Shown here: in pieces, positions 37,499-46,973 of the stretch
Numbering within the stretch: the first letter of the stretch is position 1
Layout: every line of letters starts with the position of its first letter
Assembly (NCBI GenBank): GCA_029259115.1
Contig: JAPDJO010000002.1
Location: 1 to 64,000, forward strand
Direction of reading: 5' to 3'
DNA length: 64,000 nucleotides
From: Thermoplasmatota archaeon
Lineage (GTDB): Archaea > Thermoplasmatota > E2 > DHVEG-1 > B18-G2
Notes under the pieces: model-generated
What the model saw: only the letters and a program-made list of their open reading frames with translations
Database searches by the model: none
Told to the model about the DNA's origin: nothing
Made by a program: the position numbers and the translations under genes

Positions 37499-39154
37499 CT
37501 ATACATCTATTGGAAGACCATCTACACCTTCCCTGTAATATGTCCATATAACCTTGACAACTTCGTAATAATCTAAGATATCTTCCTCGACCATCCTTTC
37601 TAATATTTTTTGCCTAAGATCAAATTCTTCGTATATTTCTGTTGGATCTGCATATCCTGCGTTCCTCGCTATCTTTTCTTCTAAAATGTAACTATTCTTG
37701 TAAGCCACAAATCTATGGACATCCTCTAAAGGATCCCATTCGAAAGCCTTTCTAGCCATAATTCCGTCTGCTTCTCTGTTATATCCCTCTATCTCATCTA
37801 CAGATATGCATCTTCTAACTTTCTTTCCTTTCCTCTCAACGGCAGACTGTATGAGAACAACATCCAGATTATCCATAAATGTCTTCGGAACGTTTATGGG
37901 ATCGCTCGTAAACCTCTGTATAACCTTCGTTACACTGCCAGCATGAAATGTAGTCATAACAGGATGTCCAGTCTGCATCGCTTGGAATACTATGTTGCCT
38001 TCTGCACCTCTAACTTCACCAGGTATTATATAGTCAGGTCTTGATCTTAAAGCAGCTACTAATAGATCAAATAAATCTACTCTACTTTCTTCTGGCCCTG
38101 TTGTTTTTGTTAGTAGCCTTTGCCACACCTCATGAGGAACTTTCAGCTCTGGGGTTGTCTCTGCTGTGTATATCTTTTTCTCTGGCGGTATAAAAGGAAT
38201 AAAAGCATTCATGGTAGTGGTTTTTCCGCATGCTGTCTCTCCGCATAGAAAGATATTTCTACCATACTGTAGGCATATCCAGAAATAGGCAGCTATTCCT
38301 GCGGATATCGTCTTCCATTTAATAAGCTGGGTTACGCTTATTGGTACTTCCGTGAACTTTCTTATGCTCATGCTTGGTCCTTTTATGCTCACAGCTGAGC
38401 TATATATTATATTAGCCCTGCTACCATCTGGAAGGATACCATCGGATATGGGTTTAGCTTCGCTGACAGGATTACCCATTTTTTCACTTAAAGCTCTCGA
38501 AAATTTTGGAGCTTCATCTTTGGGTATCAGAATATTTGTTTTGATCATCCCAAATACTTTGTGAATAAGATGAACATATTCTCCAGTTATGACGTGTATA
38601 TCTTCTATATACGGATCCCTCATAAAAGGTTCAAGAGGCCCTCCTCCAACTAAGGTCTTGTATATATCATATTCTATCTTTTCTTTCTCCAGTGGTGTAA
38701 GATATACTTTGCTCTCGTTTTTTCCGAACAGCTTAAGAAGACTTTTCTGGGATTTCAGTTTTATATTGCTCTCTGTTGTTACAACAATCTCATCTAACAA
38801 TTCTTTCAATATCTTTTTCAGATCCTCATCATTATCTGCTGCATTCTTCCTTACGACCTCCTTTAACATAAGCTTCATTATCTTTTCTTTCTTTTCTTTC
38901 TCCTCATCATTCAAAGAAGGCTCTATCGCATGATACTCTATCTCTTCCATCCCAGGCAGTCTATAGATGTGAACAAAAACATTTCCTTTGGTTGGGTATA
39001 TTATGTTTGGATACTTCTCTTCGCTTAGTTCCATTGGAGGAGCTTTAAGAAATTTTGGTGTATCCATTTTTTCCTTTATCTTGTCGAGATATTCCTTCAA
39101 GTGGGGATTCTGTTGGATTATCTTTTCGATTTCCTCCCTCTCCATTTCATACAT
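37499..39154 (-). CDS. flaI: Archaellum motor ATPase, copy 2
   Basis: DPYIEDI, LPDGSR, Walker A GETACGKTT, ALRSRPDYIIPGEVRG, QAMQTGH..TTFHA. Confidence 0.93.
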   Translation of the reverse strand: MYEMEREEIEKIIQQNPHLKEYLDKIKEKMDTPKFLKAPPMELSEEKYPNIIYPTKGNVFVHIYRLPGMEEIEYHAIEPSLNDEEKEKKEKIMKLMLKEVVRKNAADNDEDLKKILKELLDEIVVTTESNIKLKSQKSLLKLFGKNESKVYLTPLEKEKIEYDIYKTLVGGGPLEPFMRDPYIEDIHVITGEYVHLIHKVFGMIKTNILIPKDEAPKFSRALSEKMGNPVSEAKPISDGILPDGSRANIIYSSAVSIKGPSMSIRKFTEVPISVTQLIKWKTISAGIAAYFWICLQYGRNIFLCGETACGKTTTMNAFIPFIPPEKKIYTAETTPELKVPHEVWQRLLTKTTGPEESRVDLFDLLVAALRSRPDYIIPGEVRGAEGNIVFQAMQTGHPVMTTFHAGSVTKVIQRFTSDPINVPKTFMDNLDVVLIQSAVERKGKKVRRCISVDEIEGYNREADGIMARKAFEWDPLEDVHRFVAYKNSYILEEKIARNAGYADPTEIYEEFDLRQKILERMVEEDILDYYEVVKVIWTYYREGVDGLPIDV

Positions 39155-39169
39155 GTTTCTTTCACTTTC

Positions 39170-40816
39170 TCATATCGAGAAAGGTAGACCATCTATCCCC
39201 TCTCTATAATAACTCCAGACTATCTTCACAACCTCATAGTAATCCATTATCCCCTCTTCCACCATTCTTTCAAGTATTTTCTTCCTTAGATCAAACTCTT
39301 CGTAGATCTGCATCCTGTCTTCGAAGCCCGCATTCTTTGCGATTTTTTCCTCTAGGATATAGCTATTTCTGTTAGCCCTAAATAGATGAGTATCATCTAC
39401 GGGATTCCACTCAAATGCTCTTCTTGACATGATCGCATCTACTTCCTTGTTATATCCCTCTATCTCTTCTACAGATAATACTCTTCTTATCCTTTTCCCT
39501 TTCCTGTCTACCGCCATCTGTATCAGTATAACATCCAGATTATCCATGAAAGGCTTCGGTATATTTATTGGATGTCCGGTAAACCTCTGTATAACCTTCG
39601 TTACACTGCCAGCGTGAAATGTTGTTATAACAGGATGTCCAGTCTGCATCGCTTGGAAGACAACCCTTGCTTCTATACCTCTCACCTCACCAGGTATTAT
39701 ATAGTCAGGTCTCGATCTGAGGGCTGCATCCAGAAGATCTATAAGCTCAACATGACTCTCCTTTGGGCCTGTTGACCTAGTCAAAAGCTGTTGCCAGACT
39801 GGATGAGGAACATGAACTTCTGGTGTGTTTTCTGCTGTATAGATCTTCTTCTCTGGAGGTATAAATGGAATTATTGCATTGGTAGTGGTAGTCTTTCCAG
39901 AAGCTGTTTCGCCGCATACAAAAACACTCCTACCATATTGTAAGCACAGCCACAAGTATGCAGCTATTCCTGCACTCATCGTTCCCCATTTAATAAGTTG
40001 GGTTACACTTATTGGTGTCTCGCTGAACTTTCTTATGGTCATTGTTGGACCTTTTAGGCTTACATCTTTGCTGTGAATTATATTAACTCTACTGCCATCT
40101 GGTAATGTACCATCTGCTATGGGTTGTCCTTCGCTGACCGGACTACCTATCTTTTCACTAAACTCTTGGGAAAAGGTAGGTGCCCACTCCTCATCTATGA
40201 ATATATTTGTCTTTACCATCTCAAACACTTTATGTACAAGATGAACATGTTGTCCAGTTATGACATGAACATCTTCTATATATGGATCTCTCATAAAAGG
40301 TTCAAGAGGCCCTCCCCCTATGATACTCTTAACTATATCATATTCTATCTTTTCTCTTTCAATAGGTGTAAGAACGATCTTTTCTCCTTTGAACTTGCCA
40401 AATAATCCTTTCTTTTCCTCTATATCTCCTTTCTTTTCAGAAACTACAACTATCTTATCCATCATCTTTTTTATGAGTTCTCTTATTTCCTCATTCGTCC
40501 TCATTTCTTTCTTTTTTATCGCTTCTTCATAAAGCCTTTCCATAATCATATCTCTTTTCTTCTTCTCCTCATCATTCAAAGAAGGTTCTATCGCATGATA
40601 CTCTATCTCTTCCATCCCAGGTAGTCTATAGATATGGATAAAGACCGTGCCTTTGGTTGGATATATCAAGTTAGGGTACTTTTCATCTCTCAGTTCTCTA
40701 GGAACCTGACTGTAGAATCTTGGAAAATCCATCTTGTCCTTTATGCTTTCTAGATATTCTTTTAAATGAGGATTCTGCTGAATCAATTTCTTAACCTCTT
40801 CTTCGTTCATTATCAT
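39170..40816 (-). CDS. flaI: Archaellum motor ATPase, copy 1
   Basis: DPYIEDV, LPDGSR, Walker A GETASGKTT, ALRSRPDYIIPGEVRG, QAMQTGH..TTFHA. Confidence 0.93.
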   Translation of the reverse strand: MIMNEEEVKKLIQQNPHLKEYLESIKDKMDFPRFYSQVPRELRDEKYPNLIYPTKGTVFIHIYRLPGMEEIEYHAIEPSLNDEEKKKRDMIMERLYEEAIKKKEMRTNEEIRELIKKMMDKIVVVSEKKGDIEEKKGLFGKFKGEKIVLTPIEREKIEYDIVKSIIGGGPLEPFMRDPYIEDVHVITGQHVHLVHKVFEMVKTNIFIDEEWAPTFSQEFSEKIGSPVSEGQPIADGTLPDGSRVNIIHSKDVSLKGPTMTIRKFSETPISVTQLIKWGTMSAGIAAYLWLCLQYGRSVFVCGETASGKTTTTNAIIPFIPPEKKIYTAENTPEVHVPHPVWQQLLTRSTGPKESHVELIDLLDAALRSRPDYIIPGEVRGIEARVVFQAMQTGHPVITTFHAGSVTKVIQRFTGHPINIPKPFMDNLDVILIQMAVDRKGKRIRRVLSVEEIEGYNKEVDAIMSRRAFEWNPVDDTHLFRANRNSYILEEKIAKNAGFEDRMQIYEEFDLRKKILERMVEEGIMDYYEVVKIVWSYYREGIDGLPFSI

Positions 40817-40825
40817 TTTATCACC

Positions 40826-41539
40826 TCAGAATGCAACCGCTGAAGTTTCTATTGTTAAACCTATACCTGGTCTTACTGAGAAGGTTGTTACTGGCTCATA
40901 CCTATGCCTTGCACCATTGAACTTTTTGAGATAGATATTATGCACAATTCCCAAACCTGGCTTAGTTTCTCTAGTTACTAAGAAGTGAAGATCTGATATC
41001 ATCCTAAACTCGTGATTTATCTCTTCATCCCACTCCTTCGGATTCATAGTAATAAATATGATCTTTCCAGATCCCGTTAATCTGTTAAAGAAGCTGATCA
41101 ACTCTACAAGATTCTCTTTGTTTAAACTCTCCTTGAGCAGGGTAGATAGTGAATCTATGAAAATTATCTCTGGCTCAAAGAGTTTTTTAGCTGTTATAAG
41201 AGATTTAAAAAAGGTATTTCTTGGTAAAGTTTCAGCTAGCATAACCTCCGTTGAAATGAAAAACAGCTTGCCGGACATCAGATATTCTTTCATATCATAT
41301 CCAACAGAAGCGACCTGGCGAAGAAAACCCTTAACAGTATATTGCGTTGATACATAGGAGCAAGTATGTCCATTTTTAAGAAAACTGTAACAGAATCTCT
41401 GGCAAAATATGCTTTTTCCTGTGCCTTCTTCACCCTCTATCAAAACTAAAGAACCATCTGGTATAGCCTGACCAAATCTCTGCTCAAATCCATCCTTCTC
41501 TCCTCCTCTTTCGAGTACTATGGATTTATAGGTCGGCAT
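40826..41539 (-). CDS. flaH: Archaellum KaiC/RecA-like ATP-binding protein
   Basis: IPDGSLVLIEGEEGTGKSIFCQ, IFIDSLS, FSVRPGIGL. Confidence 0.92.
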   Translation of the reverse strand: MPTYKSIVLERGGEKDGFEQRFGQAIPDGSLVLIEGEEGTGKSIFCQRFCYSFLKNGHTCSYVSTQYTVKGFLRQVASVGYDMKEYLMSGKLFFISTEVMLAETLPRNTFFKSLITAKKLFEPEIIFIDSLSTLLKESLNKENLVELISFFNRLTGSGKIIFITMNPKEWDEEINHEFRMISDLHFLVTRETKPGLGIVHNIYLKKFNGARHRYEPVTTFSVRPGIGLTIETSAVAF

Positions 41540-41548
41540 CCCATCACC

Positions 41549-42001
41549 TCATATCTCAAAGTTAAACTCATCATAGACCCCTCTTGGACCAACAAGCTTT
41601 AGTTTATGGTTTCCAGAAGTTATTTCCGTGGATGATATGTATAGAGTTACCACATCTGACTGTAAAACATAGTTAGAAGAGAAGTAATAGTTGCTTTTTC
41701 CAATGATATTTCCATCTACGAAGACCTGAAATGTATCATTTGTTGTTTCTATCTTCTTATCACCTATATTTTTAACATAGAAAAGATAATATCCAGCTGA
41801 TATCGGTATATTTTCTGGATCATTTATGATCTCAAAGTCTGTGTCTAGCTTATCTTTGAGCCTATCACATTTCTCTGTCAGACTTTTACTTATGTCCATG
41901 GTTACAGCGGTGAATATTCCAGATACTGCTCCAGCTACGATTACAGCTGCGATGAAGAAAACTATGTGAGTTCCCGTCAAACTGAAACCCATCCTAATCA
42001 C
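41549..42001 (-). CDS. flaG: Archaellum stator protein G
   Basis: THIVFFIAAVIVAG N-terminal helix, DFEIINDP, YVKNIG, VFVDG. Confidence 0.88.
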   Translation of the reverse strand: MIRMGFSLTGTHIVFFIAAVIVAGAVSGIFTAVTMDISKSLTEKCDRLKDKLDTDFEIINDPENIPISAGYYLFYVKNIGDKKIETTNDTFQVFVDGNIIGKSNYYFSSNYVLQSDVVTLYISSTEITSGNHKLKLVGPRGVYDEFNFEI

Positions 42002-42424
42002 CTATGCACTATACGTCTCATAATCGCTAATCCCATTTCCAGTGACAACTTTTACTCTTACTAAACCAGTATAGGTAAGATTTGTTATGTTGAGAATAAC
42101 TGTATTTTCAGGATAGAGATAGGGAAGGTTATAATCGAAGTCCTCGATAGTTCCATTTACTATAACCGTGAAATCCTTAACCTCCAAGCTTACACTACCT
42201 GTATTTTCCACTTTTATAGAAATATTATAAGGTTTGCCCGGGCTTTTAGTTACATTTGTTATCTCTATATCCGTATTTGCTCTCTCTACGATTCTATCTT
42301 CCAATTTTTTGTAAGATCTTTCCAACTCAGATGCAGCCGGAAGAACACTACTCGAGAATATATCTATACATACAACTAGGCATACACCTAGTATTGCGAA
42401 TGCCGCTGATGTTGAGAATCCCAT
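42002..42424 (-). CDS. flaF: Archaellum stator protein F
   Basis: MGFSTSAAFAIL, VENTGSVSL, VIVNG, YLYPEN, RVKVVTGNGI. Confidence 0.88.
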   Translation of the reverse strand: MGFSTSAAFAILGVCLVVCIDIFSSSVLPAASELERSYKKLEDRIVERANTDIEITNVTKSPGKPYNISIKVENTGSVSLEVKDFTVIVNGTIEDFDYNLPYLYPENTVILNITNLTYTGLVRVKVVTGNGISDYETYSA

Positions 42425-42453
42425 CCGTACCCCCCAAAGTTTGAGGCTTTTAT

Positions 42454-43221
42454 CTATTGAAAGGAAAGATTCTCAAGATTCTTGCTAAGTTTACTCAAAT
42501 CTCTCTCTATTTTTCCTATGAAGTGCTCATCTATCTCGTTACCTTTCAACTTCTGTATGTAAAGGAATGATTGAATGTGATCCTTTGCTACAAGATTTCT
42601 TCTCTCGCTGGTTTCTTCTGTTATCCCTTCACAGTACTCAAGTAACTTTACCTTTACATCATCTGTTATCCATCCAATATCGACGTAGTAATCTAAAACC
42701 TTGGAAATGTTATCTTTTCCTACTCTATCCACGAGGTATTGTAGCCACTTCATTACTATTACAACACCTTCTGGATCATTTGGTAGGGAATCCAAAGTAG
42801 ATGCTCTGAACTCTATCTTTTCTTCTCCAGGAATCCTTATATCTTCTGGCTTGCTTTCCTTGATTTTTACATCCACATTTTTCATCCACTCGTCCTGCAT
42901 CCTTTCTAGTCTCTCCACTCTTTGATGAAGATTCTCTAAAGTCTGAAGGAATTTGTTCATCTCTTCAGCAGGCTGAAATGATGTTGTGCTTGGAGGAGTT
43001 GATGGCTGAGATGTAGATGAAGTTTGTGTGGACTTCTCTCTCAGATATGAATTTATCTTATCAACTAATTTATAAAGTTGATCCTTGGTTAAAGTTAAAT
43101 TTTTCTCTTTCACCTTCTCTTTTATCTTTTCAGCTATTGATGGCGTTATTCTACCCTGAGCAACGAGGGCAGAGAGTTCTGCGCCTAGCTCAAATTTTTC
43201 AACCAAATCCTTATCACTCAT
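42454..43221 (-). CDS. flaD: Archaellum FlaD/E family protein
   Basis: LPNDPEGVVIVMKWLQYLVDRVG, VLDYYVDIGWI, DHIQSFLYIQKL. Confidence 0.87.
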   Translation of the reverse strand: MSDKDLVEKFELGAELSALVAQGRITPSIAEKIKEKVKEKNLTLTKDQLYKLVDKINSYLREKSTQTSSTSQPSTPPSTTSFQPAEEMNKFLQTLENLHQRVERLERMQDEWMKNVDVKIKESKPEDIRIPGEEKIEFRASTLDSLPNDPEGVVIVMKWLQYLVDRVGKDNISKVLDYYVDIGWITDDVKVKLLEYCEGITEETSERRNLVAKDHIQSFLYIQKLKGNEIDEHFIGKIERDLSKLSKNLENLSFQ

Positions 43222-43960
43222 TTTTTACCTCCTCCAAAAACCTATCAATCACATCATCTATACTATCTTCCAACATTAACGTTGATATTGCTTTTTCTAC
43301 AACATCATCGAGTTTCATAGAACTACCCGATAATGTAGGAGTAACCTCTGTAGCCATCCCTGTAGTCTCAGTAGATCTATCTGTCGGTATTTTACCAACA
43401 AGTATTTCCAAATCTTCTAGCCTGCTTTTTATCTTCTCAAACTCTTCTGTGAATTTCTCTAGAGCTTCTAGCCTCTGCTTTGTTACTTTTGATAAACCAA
43501 CAAATGGATTCATTTGTTCAGAGACTATTTCGTATAGGCTTACCAAATCATCTAAATCCTTGTTGAGATTCTCTATTCGATTCTCGAGATCCTTTATCAT
43601 GTCCCTATTTTTTGATATTTCGACTTCCAACTTAGACAATTGTTTATCTAAGTTTGGTAAGATGTTGGTAGCTGGTACTTGTGGTTGCGATTGTTTATCT
43701 TCCTCCTTGACTGGGGCAGGAGTTATCTCCTTTTCCTTGGTTTCTAAGGTTACATCTTGTTGCTCTTCCTGCTCCTTCCTGCTCTCGGTTTCTTCTGAAG
43801 AACTTTCCTTCTTCTCGAATTTCAACATTTTCCTAGTTCCGTCTCCAAGATCAACCTCTTTTACCATAACTTCTTCCTTGTTTTCTTTTATCTCCCCCTC
43901 CTCTTTCCCTTTCCTAAACTTTAACTTTATACTAACCCCTCCACCTCCGTTTTTAAACAA
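43214..43960 (-). CDS. flaC: Archaellum FlaC family protein
   Basis: Coiled coil with DLVSLYEIVSEQMNPFV. Start codon uncertain. Confidence 0.82.
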   Translation of the reverse strand: MFKNGGGGVSIKLKFRKGKEEGEIKENKEEVMVKEVDLGDGTRKMLKFEKKESSSEETESRKEQEEQQDVTLETKEKEITPAPVKEEDKQSQPQVPATNILPNLDKQLSKLEVEISKNRDMIKDLENRIENLNKDLDDLVSLYEIVSEQMNPFVGLSKVTKQRLEALEKFTEEFEKIKSRLEDLEILVGKIPTDRSTETTGMATEVTPTLSGSSMKLDDVVEKAISTLMLEDSIDDVIDRFLEEVKNE

Positions 43961-44083
43961 TTAGGTAATATCTATATCAGATATTTATATTTTTACCTCA
44001 TCTCTCTGTTTGCAGGAAAAATCTTTTAAAATCTAATAGCCTAACTGAATTGGAGGAGGAGTTTAACACGGAGGTTAAAATAG

Positions 44084-45919
44084 ATGTCACAAGATAGTAG
44101 ATCCAATAATTATATGGATTTTTTTATACTTGGTATAGATAGCAATGCTAGACTTATTGCATTCAACAGAAAGTGCGAAGAGTTAACTGGTTACAGGAGG
44201 GATGAGATTCTCCATAGAAAGATATGGGGCACCATTTTTCCTAAAGAATATAGAAGGAATTGGAATAGTATATTTTTGGATAGGGTAGAAAGAATCGAGT
44301 TACCTCTCCTAGATAAAAATAGAAAGAGGCTAGATCTAGTCTGGAGTCCTATGGAAGTAGGTATCAAAGATAAAGAAATTTGGCTCATTGGAGTAGAGAG
44401 ATCGGAAGAAAATAAACTCTGGGATTTTTTAGAAATAGAAAAAGTTGGAAACCCTGTTGATAAGAAAAATAATAACGAGAATCTGAAGAAAAAGATCGAT
44501 GAATTGTTAAAAGTCAAGAATTCAATAGAAATTGCAACAAATCTTATAGAAAGACAATGGAAGAAGATAAGTGATTATGCAAAACAACTAAGCAATATGG
44601 AAAAGATTTTGGAGAAAGAAAAAAGAAAACTTGAGAAAGAGAAGAAAGAGATGGAGAAACATAGGGAAAGAGTGGAAAACCTAATGGAGAGAAAACTTTT
44701 CTATTTTGAGAGAAAACTCAGGGAAAAAACAAATAAAATTTCCAAACTAAGTGAGAGAGGATCTGTTTTAAAGAATTTGAATGAAAGATTGAGAGAGATA
44801 GAGTATATGAGCAGGGAACTAGAAGTAATGTTGAATGGAGTGATGGAAAAAGAGGCAGAGATCAAAGATCTAGAAAAGAGAATTAACCTAGAGAAGGAAA
44901 ACTTGGAGAAAGACAAAAGAGAAATCAGAATGAAGCTGAAAACCATTGAGACCAAGGAAAAGGAACTGGTAAGAAAAGAGAACGAGCTGAGAAAAAGAAT
45001 CAGAGAGGTAGAGAATAAGGAGAGAGATATACAAAATATGAAAATCAAACTGGAAAATGAAAGGAGAATATTGGAAGAAAGGATGAAAGATATTGAAAAG
45101 AGACTGGAATTAGAGAAAAATATATTCATGGAGCAACTAGAGAGTAAATATAAAGCTGTATTTGAAAGAAAAATAAATGATCTCAAAAGAAAACTCGAAG
45201 ATTATAAAACAAGAGAAAAAGAACTTAAATTAGATATAACTCTCCTTAAAAAAAGAGAGAAGGAATTGGAGAAGGAGATAGAGAAATACAGATCTAAGGA
45301 AAAGGAGCTACTTGAGCTAGAGGAGAAGATAAATAAAGAAAGAGAAGAAATCGCTAAACTCGAAGAAGAAATCAATGCAAGGAGTAAACTGCTAGAAGAG
45401 ATGGAAAACAGGGAAAGAGAAATCATATACAGGGAAAACGAACTCAGGAAGAAGGAGAAACAACTCAGGGAGAAAGAGAGAGAGCTGATAGATAGAGAGA
45501 GAGAACTCCGAGACATGCTTATAAGATCATCATTACAAGAAACGACATTGCCTATAGTGAAAGAAACCAAAAAATTGGAACAAGAGACCGAAGAATCAAA
45601 AGATCTCTCTGAGATGGAGATCCCTGCCGCACTTGTAAGGAAAGGAATGATCCTCAAAGCAAATGAACAGTTCCTTTCTCTCACAGGACTTAGTGAAAGA
45701 GATATTACCAACAAAAGCTTCTTTTCGTTGATAGCTCCAGAAGAACTCCCAAACCTGCAGAGATATTACTTATCTAGATTAAAAGGAGCAGATATAGATT
45801 CAATCGATACTATTATAGTGAACAGCAAAAATGAAAAAATACCAGTGAAAATAAAATTAAATCAAATAAAATTAAGAGACGGTATCTTTGATTTAGCGCT
45901 TATAGAGTCGTTAGACTAG
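44084..45919 (+). CDS. PAS - long coiled coil - PAS protein
   Basis: N-terminal PAS (GIDSNARLIAFNRKCEELTGYRRDEIL), about 350 aa K/E/R coiled coil, C-terminal PAS (ILKANEQFLSLTGLSERDI). No kinase or TM segment. Confidence 0.8.
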   Translation: MSQDSRSNNYMDFFILGIDSNARLIAFNRKCEELTGYRRDEILHRKIWGTIFPKEYRRNWNSIFLDRVERIELPLLDKNRKRLDLVWSPMEVGIKDKEIWLIGVERSEENKLWDFLEIEKVGNPVDKKNNNENLKKKIDELLKVKNSIEIATNLIERQWKKISDYAKQLSNMEKILEKEKRKLEKEKKEMEKHRERVENLMERKLFYFERKLREKTNKISKLSERGSVLKNLNERLREIEYMSRELEVMLNGVMEKEAEIKDLEKRINLEKENLEKDKREIRMKLKTIETKEKELVRKENELRKRIREVENKERDIQNMKIKLENERRILEERMKDIEKRLELEKNIFMEQLESKYKAVFERKINDLKRKLEDYKTREKELKLDITLLKKREKELEKEIEKYRSKEKELLELEEKINKEREEIAKLEEEINARSKLLEEMENREREIIYRENELRKKEKQLREKERELIDRERELRDMLIRSSLQETTLPIVKETKKLEQETEESKDLSEMEIPAALVRKGMILKANEQFLSLTGLSERDITNKSFFSLIAPEELPNLQRYYLSRLKGADIDSIDTIIVNSKNEKIPVKIKLNQIKLRDGIFDLALIESLD

Positions 45920-46768
45920 CTCTACTATTCTGTTTGTGAACACACATGGTGCAGCAGCATCAAATGTACCAGGCGCTCCTACCTCCGGAACGAAGCTGCC
46001 AGATATTGATGCTCTTGGTGGTAATCCGGTTGAGTTGAATGCAGCAGAGAGATTGACTATTATTATTGCTTTGTCTCCGACATTCATACCATAGTTCCTG
46101 TATATTGAACCATCTGCATCGTGTAAGGCTATTATTCCAAAGGTTGTTGCATTCAGAGATACGCTCAGCGTATGGAAAACTCCATCTGGACTAACCTTGG
46201 ATGCAACATATCCGTCTTGGTCAGAGTATGTTAATGTAATTAGCCTATCATATTTCAGATATAATATAGTATTCTTGAGATCTATATCTTGAGAACCAGA
46301 TCTTGGTCTCACAGTCAGAGCCAGATGGGTTATGTATGTCTTATTCTCGTTTGTATAACCTACTACATCTATAACAGCTAAGCCACTCGAAATCTCTCTA
46401 GTTGTCTGCAAACCAACCTTGTTCGCTCTTTGTTGCAGAGTTTCTCCAGTTTTTATAAGAACGCTTGCTGCGACCGCAGATACCAGAATCATAGCTATAA
46501 ACACTATCAGTGTACCTATACCAACGAAAGCCATTTGATCTCCTTTAAAACTCTTTTTGATTTTCCTCATTGATCTAGGCTTTATTGCCACTATTGACTT
46601 CAGATTCAAACAACCTAGCCCTTGATCAGAATCTACGATCACAAAACCTGCATCATAATCTATTTCTTCCAAAATCCCAGAGATGACACTAGCTCTTTCC
46701 TTACCCGGCTCCTTTAATACTATCTTACAGTATCTTCCCACCAGCCTATCCATATACCTCTTCTCCAC
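45911..46768 (-). CDS. flaB: Archaellin 4 with about 70-aa N-terminal extra (Sm/Hfq-like) domain
   Basis: Archaellin core FVGIGTLIVFIAMILVSAVAASVL starts near residue 81; PRSGS, MNVGD, FVPEVGAPG. GGAGGTGG SD precedes GTG 46768. Confidence 0.85.
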   Translation of the reverse strand: MEKRYMDRLVGRYCKIVLKEPGKERASVISGILEEIDYDAGFVIVDSDQGLGCLNLKSIVAIKPRSMRKIKKSFKGDQMAFVGIGTLIVFIAMILVSAVAASVLIKTGETLQQRANKVGLQTTREISSGLAVIDVVGYTNENKTYITHLALTVRPRSGSQDIDLKNTILYLKYDRLITLTYSDQDGYVASKVSPDGVFHTLSVSLNATTFGIIALHDADGSIYRNYGMNVGDKAIIIVNLSAAFNSTGLPPRASISGSFVPEVGAPGTFDAAAPCVFTNRIVELV

Positions 46769-46791
46769 TTCTCACCACCTCCTTTACGTTC

Positions 46792-46824
46792 CATTTCCCA
46801 TGCCACTTGATTGCATGGGAAATG
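46792..46824 (-). promoter_or_regulatory. Perfect 12-bp hairpin in the predicted 5' UTR of archaellin 4
   Basis: CATTTCCCATGC-9nt-GCATGGGAAATG, between a TTTAAATA box (46854-46861, minus strand) and the SD. Confidence 0.6.
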
Positions 46825-46872
46825 TTGTCATGTATTATGTCTTCAAGTAACAATATTTAAACCTTACTTGGA

Positions 46873-46893
46873 AAATTATCAAATTGATAATTT
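46873..46893. promoter_or_regulatory. 10-1-10 palindrome, candidate transcription-factor site between divergent archaellin-like genes
   Basis: AAATTATCAA-A-TTGATAATTT, a perfect inverted repeat. Confidence 0.5.
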
Positions 46894-46973
46894 GTCACAT
46901 GTTCTCATGCTTCATAATATCTCGACAACATTTGTACAATAACTCGTTTATAAGCAAAGTTCCAAAGTTTTAA

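Noticed and set aside
43017-45714. Long Ser/Phe/Leu-rich antisense ORFs (43017..43964, 44701..45186, 45202..45714)
   Set aside because: Shadow frames of Glu/Lys-rich coiled-coil genes.
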